Below are positions 9,575 through 20,700 of a DNA stretch of 46,344 nt, one piece after another. How positions within the stretch are numbered: the first letter of the stretch is position 1; every line of letters starts with the position of its first letter. Origin of the DNA: Chitinophaga sp. (GTDB lineage Bacteria; Bacteroidota; Bacteroidia; Chitinophagales; Chitinophagaceae); assembly GCA_039593235.1 (NCBI GenBank), contig JBCNPS010000001.1, forward strand, positions 1-46,344, read 5' to 3'. Below the pieces are notes generated by a model. It saw only the letters and a list, made by a program, of their open reading frames with translations. It ran no database searches and was not told the origin of the DNA. A program made the position numbers and the translations under genes.

Positions 9575-11083
9575 TTAGAATCCGGGGTTATTGGGCAATA
9601 AATTCGGATTCACATCACTTTCCTGTTTAGGCACAGGGAACAGTAATTGCTTCGCTGCGAAAGTAGCGCCAAATACGGTTTTGTGTCCAACAAAATCATC
9701 CCAGTTGCCGGTTACGTCGTTGTGCACTTTCCGGGTTCGGATCATATCAAACCACATTTTGTTTTCAAAGCATAGTTCAAAATACCGTTGCAGCCATACT
9801 TCATGTTCAAAATTGGCTTGTGACAGAGCGCCTATAGGCGCCAGTTTAGCGCGGGCCCGGATGGCATTTACGTATTTGATGGCATCTGCATTCGGAGCGC
9901 CTTCCGCCCGGTTGGATGCCTCTGCATACATCAGGTATACATCTGCCAGGCGGTAAAGTGTATAGTTAAGATCGGATTTTGCGGTGCTTACAACAGCAAG
10001 CGAATCAAACCATTTGTAAATGTACCGGCCTTTAAATGTAAACGTATCAGTGGCAGGTTCTTTCTTCTTGTATTTGGTATAGAAGAATTGTCTTTCCTGT
10101 ACACGTTTATCTCCTGCAGGGAATGATGCAATAAACTGTGGGGTAGGATATACGGATCCATACTCATCAGAATACTTGGAGATACCTGCATAGTTTGGAA
10201 TGGTAAGTGGTGTAAGCGGGTTAATGCTTGGTACGGAGGCTGCATACTGTACCTGGAAAATGAACTCCCCGAGATTTTTATTATTGGGGTTGATCATATT
10301 GGTGTATTCCGGGAACAGGAAATAGCCGCCGTTCGCAATCACGGATTTGGATGCGGCGGCGGACAGTGCATAGTATTGGTTACCCCCGTTAATGGCCGCA
10401 CCGGCATAAGTAAGATATACATCTGCCAGGAGCGACTGAACAAGACCCATAGATACTTTACCGGTTCTGTCTGCCCAGGGCAGCGTTGATTTTGCCGCGG
10501 TTTGCAGATCGGGGATAATGATCTCGTCATAAATAGCCTTTGCCGCTGTGCGGGGCAGGTTCAGGTTCAGGTCTTTAGGTACCTCGGTCACTTTGGGAAC
10601 CGCGCCGTATAGCCGTACAAGATGGAAGTAATAAAGTGCCCGCAGTGTATGCGCCTCTGCCAGCATATTGGTTTTATCTGCATCTGATACTGCTGCCTGG
10701 GGCAATTTCTCTATAGCCAGGTTACAGGCGCCTACTCCCATGTATAAACGTTGCCACCAGGTATCCACATAGAAGGAAGTGGTATTATAGCTAAGGTTCT
10801 GGAAAGTGGCAAACCCGGTTTGACCAAGATCGCTGTTGGCCTTTCCGGTCATAAATTCCATCAGGTTGTAAACATTACCACCATAGGAAGAGGGCTGCCC
10901 CTGTAAAAATCCCTGGAGGTATTGGTAAGAACCATTTGCCAGCGCACGCGCCACTTTAGGATCGGACAGATCGGCATCCGGCGGAAGAAAATTCGTGGGT
11001 TTTTGTTCCAGGAATTTTTTGCAGGAACAGGCGAATAACACCAGCAGCGCAAGTATGATATGTTTAGTCGTTTTCATTTTCAT
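9575..11083 (-). CDS. susD: RagB/SusD family nutrient-binding lipoprotein
   Basis: Lipobox (LFACSC), EA..LRALYYF.LVRLYG.VP, YRLADVYLMYAEA, ELCFENKMWFDMIRT and NPGF motifs. Adjacent to SusC. Confidence 0.93.
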   Translation of the reverse strand: MKMKTTKHIILALLVLFACSCKKFLEQKPTNFLPPDADLSDPKVARALANGSYQYLQGFLQGQPSSYGGNVYNLMEFMTGKANSDLGQTGFATFQNLSYNTTSFYVDTWWQRLYMGVGACNLAIEKLPQAAVSDADKTNMLAEAHTLRALYYFHLVRLYGAVPKVTEVPKDLNLNLPRTAAKAIYDEIIIPDLQTAAKSTLPWADRTGKVSMGLVQSLLADVYLTYAGAAINGGNQYYALSAAASKSVIANGGYFLFPEYTNMINPNNKNLGEFIFQVQYAASVPSINPLTPLTIPNYAGISKYSDEYGSVYPTPQFIASFPAGDKRVQERQFFYTKYKKKEPATDTFTFKGRYIYKWFDSLAVVSTAKSDLNYTLYRLADVYLMYAEASNRAEGAPNADAIKYVNAIRARAKLAPIGALSQANFEHEVWLQRYFELCFENKMWFDMIRTRKVHNDVTGNWDDFVGHKTVFGATFAAKQLLFPVPKQESDVNPNLLPNNPGF

Positions 11084-11132
11084 AATTTTTAATCACTAAA
11101 AAGATTATCACATCAACGGGTATACGATTTCA

Positions 11133-14100
11133 TCAGAAATCAAGATTCACACCCAGGTTCCACACGCGGGGGCGGGGATAAGGGAAGAAGTCGATGTTCT
11201 GTGAGAAACCGGTGTTGGCGCCATAACCAAAATTGAAGGTGTCTACTTCAGGATCATAACCGGTGTATTTGGTAATGAGGAAAAGGTTTTGCACGCTTGC
11301 ATAAATGCGGAATTTGCGGATCTTGCTTCTCTCCATCCAGGCCTGGGGGAAAGTGTAACCAAGTGTGAAGTTTTGTCCCCTGATATAAGAGCCATCTTCT
11401 ACCCACCAGGTATCGAAATGGGAGTCCTGCGTAAATTTATAGCTGCGTACCTGTGCAACGTGGGTGTTCTGGTTTTCAGGGGTCCAGGCATTCAGTACGG
11501 TAGCAAGACTATTGGCCAGTGTTTGCCGGTCTTCCGTGGAGTGTTTAAATGCAGCGGCTGTATTTACGCCCTGTACAAAACGGATATCGAAAGTAAAGTC
11601 CCATCCTTTGTATTTGAGGGTGCTGCTGAAAGTACCTGTCCATTTCGGATAAGCGCGGCCTATGATATTATATACCGGGTTGCCGTTTGCATCATATTCA
11701 TACTTCCTGTCGCCGGGCAGCAGGGAGTACTTGGCTGCTTCAGCCGCTTCATCAGTGCCCCAGGTGCCCAGCCTGTTCATGCCATAGAAAGAACCAATAG
11801 GCTCACCTACACGCAGTACGTTGGTTTGACCCAGGAAATTAGGGCCTGGGAAGATATCCGCATTGCCATCGTTGAGGGTGAGGATCTCATTTTTATTGGT
11901 TGCAAAAACGAAGGTGGTCGTCCAGGTTAAATTTGGTTTCTGAATGTTTGTGGTGCTGAGGTTTACTTCCAGACCGGTATTCCTTACCTCGCCTATGTTT
12001 TTATATACGTTGGGAGTATACATACCAGCGGACCATGGAATAGGGGTGGCCAGCAGCAGGTCGGAGGTTTTACGGTTGTAATAATCCACATTCAGGTTGA
12101 TGCGGTTATCCACCATTACCAGTTCCACGCCTGCATCTATCTGGTTGGAGCGTTCCCATTTCAGATCGGGGTTGCCTATATAACCTGGTACCAGCGTAGG
12201 CTGGTTGGCGCCGCCTATAACAGTTTGATCAGGACGGTACTGTGGAGAGTATTGGAACTGACCAATTTCCTGGTTACCGGAAGTACCATAGCTGGCGCGG
12301 ATCTTCAGGTTATTGATGGTTTTGCTGTTTTTCAGGAAATCTTCCTCTGAAACGCGCCATGCGGCTGCTACAGAAGGGAAGAAGGCGAACTGGTTGTCTT
12401 TACTGAATTTAGAAGAACCATCGTACCTGGCAGTGGCGGTAAAGAGGTATTTATTTTTCAGGTTATAATTAACACGGCCATAGTAAGAGTTCATAGACCA
12501 TGGCTGGGTTTCTGAAGTGATGTTGTTACGTACCGAACCTGCGGCCAGGGAGTTCCACTGGAAGTAATCAGACAGGAAATTCTGTGTTTCCGCCAGGGCA
12601 TTTTCATTACTGTACTCCAGGAAGGAAATACCTACTACAGCGTTTAAGCTGTTGTTATTATTGAACTGTTTGTTATAGGTAAGATAATTTTCCGACTGCC
12701 AGTATTTGCGATAGTCAGTGGTGACCCTGGCTACACCTCCCTGGTCTTGCGACAGGTGGGGAAGATCACCGGCAGAATAGAAATTAGCTTTATTGCTGAT
12801 CTGATCGTAACCAAAATCTGTTTTGAAATTCAGGTCTTTGGTGATCTGGAACTGCATGTAAAAATTGCCCAGAGTATGCATCTGGTTATTGAGGGTATAC
12901 CTGTTCTGTGCAATCTGTACGGGGTTCGGACCACCTTCCAGGCCCGGTATATCATAGTTACCGGCCCAGCTGCCGTCGGGATATCTTACCGGCACAATAG
13001 GGACTTCTTCCGTCACCATCCTGGGTACGTTTAAGGAACCGTTACCATCGGATACCAATCTTTGTGTGCTGGATACGATGTTAAGGGCGCCGCCAATTTT
13101 CAGCCAGTCTTTTACCTGGTCATCAAAAGTAGCCCTGGCGGAATATCTTCTGAACCAGGATTCTATCATTAAGCCATTCTGATCGAGGTAACCGAGAGAG
13201 GCGCTATAGAGCAGTTTGTCGTTACCGCCCTGGAAGTTCACCTGGTGGCTGGTAGACACGGCCGGTTTGTAGGTTTCCTTTTCCCAGTTGGTGTTGTACA
13301 GCGGTTTATCGTTTTCATCGAACAGCAAAGGAAAATGTTCATGATCCAGTATAGCTGTCGGGGTCCAGGTGCCGTGATCCGGGTCGAACTTGGTAGCATT
13401 GGCAAAAGCTTCGTTATATACTTTTACAAATTGTTCAGAGTTCAATGTTGGAAGATGGCTGGCCAGTGTGCTTACGTTTACATCTCCCTGGTAGCTTACC
13501 TGTGTAGGACCTGCCTTACCGCGTTTGGTGGTGATCATAATTACACCGTTGGCGCCGCGTGCACCATAAATGGCGGTGGAGGAGGCGTCTTTCAGTACTT
13601 CAATGGAGGCGATGTCGTTAGGGTTGAGGGCATTTGCATCTACACCCGCCACACCATCTACTACATACAACGGATCCACAAAAGAGTTGATAGAACCAAT
13701 ACCACGTACCCGTACTTTAGCCGCCTGGCCGGGCGCGCTACTGTTGATGTTTACATCCACACCCGCCACTTTACCCTGTAAGGCCTGGGAGATGTTGGGA
13801 ACGGGTTTGTCCATCACCTGTTCGCCTTTGAGGGAGGCTACCGCACCGGTGAGGTCAGATTTTTTCACCGATCCGTAACCAATTACCACGAGGTCGCTCA
13901 GGGTATTTACCTGCACTTCCAGCGATACGTTGATGGTGGTTTGATTTCCTACCACAACTTCTTTGGTACCGAACCCTGTAAACGAAAATACCAGTACCGA
14001 GTTTTGATTAGGCACTGTTAGGGAGTACACACCGTCTACATTGGCGATGGTTCCGCTGGAAGTGCCTTTAATGGCCACCGTAGTGTTGGGAATCACAGAT

Positions 14101-14201
14101 CCGTCAGCGGCACTGGTAACCTTGCCGCTTATTTTAATCTGGGCCATTGCATGCATGGAAAATAGCAGGCATGCAAGCACATAAAATAGTTTTGCTTTCA
14201 T
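11133..14201 (-). CDS. susC: SusC/RagA family TonB-linked outer membrane transporter
   Basis: VVIGYG...KSDLTGAV, PLYVVDG, IEVLKDASSTAIYGARGANGVIMITTKRG, NPDLKWE and terminal 'GVNLDF'. Confidence 0.96.
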   Translation of the reverse strand: MKAKLFYVLACLLFSMHAMAQIKISGKVTSAADGSVIPNTTVAIKGTSSGTIANVDGVYSLTVPNQNSVLVFSFTGFGTKEVVVGNQTTINVSLEVQVNTLSDLVVIGYGSVKKSDLTGAVASLKGEQVMDKPVPNISQALQGKVAGVDVNINSSAPGQAAKVRVRGIGSINSFVDPLYVVDGVAGVDANALNPNDIASIEVLKDASSTAIYGARGANGVIMITTKRGKAGPTQVSYQGDVNVSTLASHLPTLNSEQFVKVYNEAFANATKFDPDHGTWTPTAILDHEHFPLLFDENDKPLYNTNWEKETYKPAVSTSHQVNFQGGNDKLLYSASLGYLDQNGLMIESWFRRYSARATFDDQVKDWLKIGGALNIVSSTQRLVSDGNGSLNVPRMVTEEVPIVPVRYPDGSWAGNYDIPGLEGGPNPVQIAQNRYTLNNQMHTLGNFYMQFQITKDLNFKTDFGYDQISNKANFYSAGDLPHLSQDQGGVARVTTDYRKYWQSENYLTYNKQFNNNNSLNAVVGISFLEYSNENALAETQNFLSDYFQWNSLAAGSVRNNITSETQPWSMNSYYGRVNYNLKNKYLFTATARYDGSSKFSKDNQFAFFPSVAAAWRVSEEDFLKNSKTINNLKIRASYGTSGNQEIGQFQYSPQYRPDQTVIGGANQPTLVPGYIGNPDLKWERSNQIDAGVELVMVDNRINLNVDYYNRKTSDLLLATPIPWSAGMYTPNVYKNIGEVRNTGLEVNLSTTNIQKPNLTWTTTFVFATNKNEILTLNDGNADIFPGPNFLGQTNVLRVGEPIGSFYGMNRLGTWGTDEAAEAAKYSLLPGDRKYEYDANGNPVYNIIGRAYPKWTGTFSSTLKYKGWDFTFDIRFVQGVNTAAAFKHSTEDRQTLANSLATVLNAWTPENQNTHVAQVRSYKFTQDSHFDTWWVEDGSYIRGQNFTLGYTFPQAWMERSKIRKFRIYASVQNLFLITKYTGYDPEVDTFNFGYGANTGFSQNIDFFPYPRPRVWNLGVNLDF

Positions 14202-14375
14202 AACAAGTCTTTAGTGATGAGGTAATAATAGCCGGTAAATGTTTTCAGTTGATAGCGATCAAGGGGATGCTATATGTAGCCCCTGTGATAACAAGCGAGA
14301 TTTGGTTTTAAGATGATGGTAATTATATGTTTCTTAATAAGATCCGGTTGATAAATAAATAATAAATGAGCAGCC

Positions 14376-15698
14376 TTAATTGTTTAGTTTCTGTTGATGA
14401 ATTGCCCATTTTTTCAGAAGCGTAATGGCGTCCAGTAAAACACCCGCTTCCCCGCGAAAATCTCCCGATCCTTTAGGTGCGCCCGTTTGAACATCGTACC
14501 ATTCGAAGAAACCGTTATGTGCAATGACACGGTCCGTCATGGGTTTGAGTTCTGCTACAGCCTCCTCTATAAATCCGTTTAAAATAAGCGCCTGTATCAT
14601 CCGCCCGCCAAACCAGGTCCAGTCGCCCCCGTTCTGGTACACATAAGGGTGCATATTCGGAAACTCTTTCGCCGGGTAAGGCGGATATACCGTGACACCT
14701 ATAGTGGCGAACTTTTCTTTGGAAGCGGCCTGTGTCATTTGCCTGTTGATGGCCGCTATTTCCCCGGATGTATGGAACCCGGCCAGTATTGCACAGGCAG
14801 TGCCTCCCGTGTAAAGGATTTCTTTTTCATTAAATGAGGGAGAAAACGGGCTTCCGTTCAAATAAAGATGTGGTATGTATTTCTGCGCCCGGTTATCCCA
14901 TAAGTATTTGCGCACATTGCTCCGTATATCAGCCGCTACTTTGCTCCAGTTGCGCTGCGCCTGATAGTTTTTTGGTTTTATTGCCAGGAAATCCTGTATA
15001 GCGATCACAAACATCGCATTGTCATAAATATCGACCGCCCATTTCGTTTTTTCGTTAATGGCCACTCCCCAGCCGGTTTCGGGCTGTACATCGCCCCAGT
15101 CGATGGTAGTGGCGCCTTTGATCAGTCCATATTTTTCCGACCAACGCTCTTTCAGCAGATAGGCCATAGCGGCTTCCATCCGTTGCAAAATCGTTTTATC
15201 ATTTACGGCCAAAAAAAGGAAGTCCCTGTCGCCGGTAACAGTTACGTATTTTCTAACCGCCTGGATTAAAGATGATTCCTGGTCGGTTTCCACGGTGTTT
15301 TTATGTGCCGCCCACTGCGGCGCAAGGTCGGAGTACCTGTACTGGTAGCCCACATTGGCCTTTTCCTTTGGGATAACGCCGTCGGGTATATTTCCATCCT
15401 CTCCCTGCATACGGAAGAAAAGCAACAGCATTTCCTTTACCTGGTTGGGTGGTAACACCTGCAGCGAGCCATTAATAAAAGTATTGAAATCCCTGATCCA
15501 TACTTCCCCATAGGAAGTACCGGCAGAGAAACCGGTGAGCAGCCGTAATGCCCTGGCCTGTACGGTATCCAGCCTGCTGTCTGCCATCACAGTTGCCGCC
15601 AGGGTTCCGGGGCTGGATTGGGCAGCCAGGCTTTCCGGAAGGAAAACAGGCGCAACGATACCGGCAATAATGGGAATTATAGAAAAGTATTTTTTCAT
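14376..15698 (-). CDS. Secreted (alpha/alpha)6-barrel glycoside hydrolase (GDE_C / GH100-like superfamily), family uncertain
   Basis: YGEVWIRDF, TIDWGD, YQNGGDWTW and FFEWYD motifs of six-hairpin glycosidases. Signal peptide from MKKYFS (ATG 15698). Confidence 0.65.
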   Translation of the reverse strand: MKKYFSIIPIIAGIVAPVFLPESLAAQSSPGTLAATVMADSRLDTVQARALRLLTGFSAGTSYGEVWIRDFNTFINGSLQVLPPNQVKEMLLLFFRMQGEDGNIPDGVIPKEKANVGYQYRYSDLAPQWAAHKNTVETDQESSLIQAVRKYVTVTGDRDFLFLAVNDKTILQRMEAAMAYLLKERWSEKYGLIKGATTIDWGDVQPETGWGVAINEKTKWAVDIYDNAMFVIAIQDFLAIKPKNYQAQRNWSKVAADIRSNVRKYLWDNRAQKYIPHLYLNGSPFSPSFNEKEILYTGGTACAILAGFHTSGEIAAINRQMTQAASKEKFATIGVTVYPPYPAKEFPNMHPYVYQNGGDWTWFGGRMIQALILNGFIEEAVAELKPMTDRVIAHNGFFEWYDVQTGAPKGSGDFRGEAGVLLDAITLLKKWAIHQQKLNN

Positions 15699-15715
15699 AA
15701 TGTGGCCCCGGATAT

Positions 15716-15742
15716 TATGTACAAACATATAAACATAATTTA
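15716..15742 (-). promoter_or_regulatory. Putative GntR operator overlapping a TAnnTTTG promoter box (copy 2)
   Basis: TATGTACAAACATATAAACATAATTTA in the divergent intergenic region between the PUL and gntR. Confidence 0.7.
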
Positions 15743-15944
15743 ATAATTGCAAGAAAAGTTTTTAACATTTCTTTAATAGCGGTATTGCCTGCTAATTAAT
15801 TGATTATTTGATGTTTATGTAAGGACGTTTTAGGCGGTAGGCATACTTTGTGGGAATAGTGTTTTTCCGGTCCGGGCATACATACTCCCAAAATAAGGCA
15901 GTCTAAAATTGTTTTTCTTGTTTATTTCCAGTTGCTTTGCAGGC

Positions 15945-16676
15945 ATGAATTTGAGTATAGATCATAAAAATCCTTTACCACTTCATATACAGGCGGAAAA
16001 CCTGTTGCGGAACATGATAAAAGATCCACAGTACACCGGTGGAAAATTTTTGCCAAACGAGGTGCAGCTGGCAAAACAACTGGCCATTTCCCGATCTACT
16101 TTACGTCATGCCTTAAACAAACTCGTATACGAAGGACTACTGACCAGGAAAAAAGGAGTGGGCACTAAAGTGGCGGAAGCTGCTATCAGTTCCAAATCAA
16201 AGAACTGGCTGAGCTTCACTCAGGAGATGACCGCGCGCGGTATCATCATCAAAAATTTTGAACTGCATGTTACCTGGGTGTTGCCCGATGAAACCATCGC
16301 CAATTTCTTTGAGATCAGTCCAAATAAAAAAGTGCTTAAGCTGGAACGCCTGAGAGGAAAAGCGGAAGGCCCCTTTGTATATTTCATTTCCTATTTTCAT
16401 CCCCGGGTGGGGTTAACCGGCGAAGAAGATTTCAAACGCCCTTTATACGATATCCTGGAGAAGGATTACATGACAGTGGCCACTTTGTCGAAAGAGGAAA
16501 TCAGTGCAAAATCGGCCGACAAATTTATTGCCTCCAAACTGGAGCTCGAAACCGGTCATCCTATCCTGTTGAGGAAACGGTTTGTATATGACCAGGGCGA
16601 ACGCCCCATTGAATATAACCTGGGGTATTACCGGGCCGACAGTTTCGTGTATACCGTGGAAAGCAGAAGAGAATAG
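15945..16676 (+). CDS. GntR family transcriptional regulator, HutC/UTRA subfamily
   Basis: PLHIQ...LPNEVQLAKQLAISRSTLRHAL..LVYEGLL.RKKGVGT wHTH, followed by a UTRA domain (SFTQEM...PIEY...YYRAD). Start at ATG 15945. Confidence 0.92.
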   Translation: MNLSIDHKNPLPLHIQAENLLRNMIKDPQYTGGKFLPNEVQLAKQLAISRSTLRHALNKLVYEGLLTRKKGVGTKVAEAAISSKSKNWLSFTQEMTARGIIIKNFELHVTWVLPDETIANFFEISPNKKVLKLERLRGKAEGPFVYFISYFHPRVGLTGEEDFKRPLYDILEKDYMTVATLSKEEISAKSADKFIASKLELETGHPILLRKRFVYDQGERPIEYNLGYYRADSFVYTVESRRE

Positions 16677-16697
16677 TTTACACATTTCACCAAATAC

Positions 16698-16732
16698 AAC
16701 GGCTCAGCATTCATACCGAATACTGAGCCGTT
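16698..16732. terminator. Hairpin between convergent genes (probable bidirectional terminator)
   Basis: AACGGCTCAGcATTC / GAATaCTGAGCCGTT stem. Confidence 0.55.
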
Positions 16733-16756
16733 CCGTTTTACGGCTGCAGGCAATGG

Positions 16757-17641
16757 TTATGGTTTAGGGGCGGCCGCCACATCTTTTGTAACTACCGGCC
16801 ATACGCCTGGCGCCGGGAAGCTCACTCCTTTGTTGGAGCCCCTTACACCTGCATCCTGTCCGAAGTAATACAGCGGCCATCCCTTGTAGGTTAATTGTTT
16901 CTTACCGGCAACAGTGATGCTGCCAAATAATGTTTTATCGAGAATAGAAGGTACTACGATCTGGTCTGTTTCATAAATAGGCCAAACGGCATTGTTGGAA
17001 AAATCAGCTTTTGTGAACTTGTTGATGTTAAAGCTGTCTTTATTGAAAGAATAAAGTGTAAGTCCTTTGGCATCACTGAAGTACAACGTTTTGCCGGTAC
17101 CAACGGTATGGTCTGCCAGGTAGTTTTTGCCATCGGCGCCTACCAGCTGCGCATTGATCAGCTGTATGGTGTAATCGGCTTTGGCTACAAACCAGATATT
17201 ACCAACCCCTTCACCGGTTGTTTTTCCGGGCGCTTCACGCACGTTAACGCCACCCACCGCAGGGGCAAAGTAATACAGCGGCCATCCTTTATAAGCAGTT
17301 TGTTTTTTACCATCGTTGGTAGTGATGGTGGTGAAATCTTTAATGTCTAAACCTGTACCCAGCGCGGCCTGTGCAAGATTATCGCCGGCGTAGTAAATTG
17401 GCCATACTGCAGCGCATCCGCCGGTGCAGTTGTTTTTGCCATCAAAGTCGTTCGAAAAATAGTAGAGGGAATTGCCATCCACATCTGTAAGGTGATTTCC
17501 CAAAGTAGCGTCGGCGCTGAGTTGTACTACGGGCTTAGGTGCAGGAGTGTCGGGGTTGTCGTCATTTCCGCCGCAGGCGCTGAAGGAAACAATAACACTA
17601 AAGGCAATCAATGAAAGCAGGGTGTTTTTAAAGCAGTTCAT
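16757..17641 (-). CDS. Lipoprotein with repeated Y-X4-D motifs (COG4315 / Lipoprotein_15 repeats)
   Basis: Lipobox FSAC; duplicated units 'G..LY.F..D...C.G.CA.VWP' and 'KQ..YKGWPLYYF'. Confidence 0.8.
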   Translation of the reverse strand: MNCFKNTLLSLIAFSVIVSFSACGGNDDNPDTPAPKPVVQLSADATLGNHLTDVDGNSLYYFSNDFDGKNNCTGGCAAVWPIYYAGDNLAQAALGTGLDIKDFTTITTNDGKKQTAYKGWPLYYFAPAVGGVNVREAPGKTTGEGVGNIWFVAKADYTIQLINAQLVGADGKNYLADHTVGTGKTLYFSDAKGLTLYSFNKDSFNINKFTKADFSNNAVWPIYETDQIVVPSILDKTLFGSITVAGKKQLTYKGWPLYYFGQDAGVRGSNKGVSFPAPGVWPVVTKDVAAAPKP

Positions 17642-17793
17642 GCAGTTAAAATTTTTAGAAATTTGAAATAATACGCTATTACGGGTTGTTGGTCAGTAAC
17701 AACCTGGTTTGGCAACCGGTACCTATACGTATTCGGTAAAAACAGGGAAAAGGTTGTCTGCCTCCCAAAATATTTTCAGCTACTTTTGTTGCT

Positions 17794-20700
17794 ATGGTCA
17801 ACGAAAGTTTCTATCTGAGGCAATACGAATCACAGGAAAGGGATACCCGGCTGGTGATGGATGTGATGTCTGTATACCTGTACCCGCTGGAAACATTTAC
17901 TATTACTGATGCAGTGAACTGCGTGGAAGAAATGAAAGGGCTCAGGGTCAGTGAAATATTGAAACACCTGGTAGCGGCCGGACTGGTCATTAAAAATGTA
18001 ACAGGTAATTACGCGCTGGTACCGGAAATGAGTTTTTTGCTTTTCCCGGTAACTATAAAACAGCCTGCCTATGCTGCATTGCTGGAAAGAACGAGGCATG
18101 CCGTACACGCATTTTACAGCATGAGCGCACGGCTGCAGGATTTGCAGCAACTGCTTACCGCTTATTTTACCGGCCACCGTTCCCTTTTATCGCTTCCGGT
18201 AAGGAAACTGGAAATGGAGCTTAACGAATACCAGCCTTATCTTTCCTACCTGCTATATTATCCCGCTTACGCAGCGCTGTTGCCTTTTTTCAGCCAGGAG
18301 AGCCTTGACAAAATGGTATCTTTCGCCTTAAAATATAATTTGCTAAAAATGCCGCCGGTGGAAGAACTGGAAAATTTCCGCCGGCAATATGCCGCCGGTT
18401 TCCCGGAGCTGTTGCTGTTGCAGGGGCAGCTTGATTTGCCTGCGGCAGATAAAACAGCGGATGACCTGTATGCACAGGCGGTAATATTATTATATAGCGG
18501 ACAAGCGGCAAAGGCGCTTTCCTGTTTTGAAAAAGGCATCAAACGTCAACGGCAGTACGATAAAAAGCATACCATACCACTGTCCCCCTTGTTTGCCTTT
18601 TATTATGCGTTTACATTGGCGGTATTGCCCGGTGAACAAACCAATCCGCTGATCACTAAAATCATAGCTGCCTATGAGCGGAAGCTGTTCCCTGCCATTA
18701 CCCCTGCAATTTGCCTGCTGCATTTTCACGCAGGCCGGAAAGAGAAGGGGGAGCAGTTGCTGTTGCTGATACTGGAAGGAGGGGAGAGCAACCTGCTGAG
18801 TTACCTGTCTGTATTGTGCTTGCAGCTGCTGCATCCCAAAAGCAAATTGTTACGCACCTTTAGTATAAATGCGTCACGTTTACTATCGCTGGGCATGGAG
18901 CGTCACTACCGGTTACTGACCTACGAATATTTATATTTATTTAAGGGAGATGATTACCAGGGATATGAAAGCGTATTCCAGGAAGCTGGCGCCGTTATCG
19001 CCCATCCGCCTGTGTTTTCACAGATGGAGCAAACGCCGGACTGGGAGCGGTTATTAAACACTTTACTGGGCGCCGATACCTATCTTGCCAGGAAAGAAAA
19101 GAATGCAGCCACTTCCCGGTTAATTTACCTGATAGATTTTGACCGGTATAAGATCCAGCCGGTATTACAAACATCCCAGGGCAGTAATACCTGGAGCAGC
19201 GGCCGCAATGTGGCATTGAAAAAACTAAAGGATGGCAAGGCGGAAGCGATGACAGAACAGGATTTCAGGATAGGCGCCACCGTACAGAAGGAACATTATT
19301 ATAACTACGACGGGGAATCTTATTCATTTGCAGAAACAGTATGGGAAGAAATTGCCGGCCACCCGCTGTTATTTTCTGCGGATGATATTTCCGTTTCTGT
19401 AGAGATTATAAAAGCACAACCAGAGCTGAGTGTTAACAGGTCGGGGCATGGATATACTTTCAGCGCTAACGTAAACGACTATATCAGTGAAACCGTGTTT
19501 GTAAAGGAAAGCAATACCCGCCTGAAGATCATTCATCTTACCGCCCAGCAGCGCCGTTTGCTGCAAACACTGGAACAGATCCCCGTGGTGCCGGCGGCCG
19601 GGAAGGATAAACTGATCCAGGTGCTGAAAAGTATTGGCGCACACCTCACTATTCATGCGGACATGGGGGATATTGCCGCGAATATCAGCAGACGCCCGGG
19701 CGACAGCCGTATTGTGGTACAACTACTGCCGCTTGGCGACGGATTAAAGGCCGGTATTTATGTGAAACCCTTTACCAGCGATCCGCCGTATTGCAAACCT
19801 GGTACAGGAGCGCATAATATTATTGGGATCAGTAACGGGGAGCGATGGCAGGCCATCCGCGACCTGGCCAAAGAAAAAGACAATGTGGTAACCCTGCTGA
19901 ACCTTATCCAGGGCGCTATAGACCAGGACCTCTCCGACGATACCATCATTTTTGAGGACCCGCTGGATTGTTTGCAGTTGCTGGAAATAATTCACCAGCA
20001 TCCTGAACTCGTAAGGGCTGAATGGCCGGAAGGGGAGCGGTACAAAATAAGGCAGCAGGCCGGTTTCCCCCAATTACATATTTCACTGAAAGAAAAAGAT
20101 CACTGGTTTATGTGTACCGGTGAACTGAAGGTGGATGAAGCTACAGTGCTGGCGTTGAAAGACCTGCTGGACACTACGCGCACTGTGAAAAAAAGATTTA
20201 TTGCGCTACAGAACGGGGAATACCTGGCTTTAACGGGTGATTTACGCCGTCGGCTAAACGAAATGGCCAGCGTGGCTAATATTGATCGTGATAATGTGAG
20301 CATTCAGCCATACGCCCTGCCCGTACTGGACGAACTGCTGGAGCATGCCGGCAGTGTTGCTACAGATGCTGCATGGAAAGCTTTCGTAAACAAACGGGCT
20401 GCCGCCATGGCGCTGGATATAACGGTGCCGGTTACACTACAAACCACTTTACGCCCTTACCAGGAAGAAGGCTTCCGCTGGATGACGCACCTGGCTGCCT
20501 GGGGCGCAGGCGCCTGCCTGGCAGATGATATGGGACTGGGTAAAACCATACAGGCTATTGCACTGCTGCTTCACCGTGCGCCGGATGGCCCGGCATTGGT
20601 AATTTGTCCCGCTTCCGTAGTGAACAACTGGAGCAATGAGATCAGCCGCTTTGCACCTTCACTGAATGTGATATTCCTGCACAATGGCCGCCGTTCTGCC

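Noticed and set aside
1034-14201. Long antisense or alternate-frame ORFs (e.g. 1034-1954, 4892-5902, 7560-8765, 11289-11930)
   Set aside because: They overlap well-supported genes on the opposite strand and have no recognisable motifs; these are shadow ORFs.
16863-17287. DNA direct repeat AAGTAATACAGCGGCCATCC within the lipoprotein gene
   Set aside because: Explained by the duplicated GWPLYYF protein repeat.
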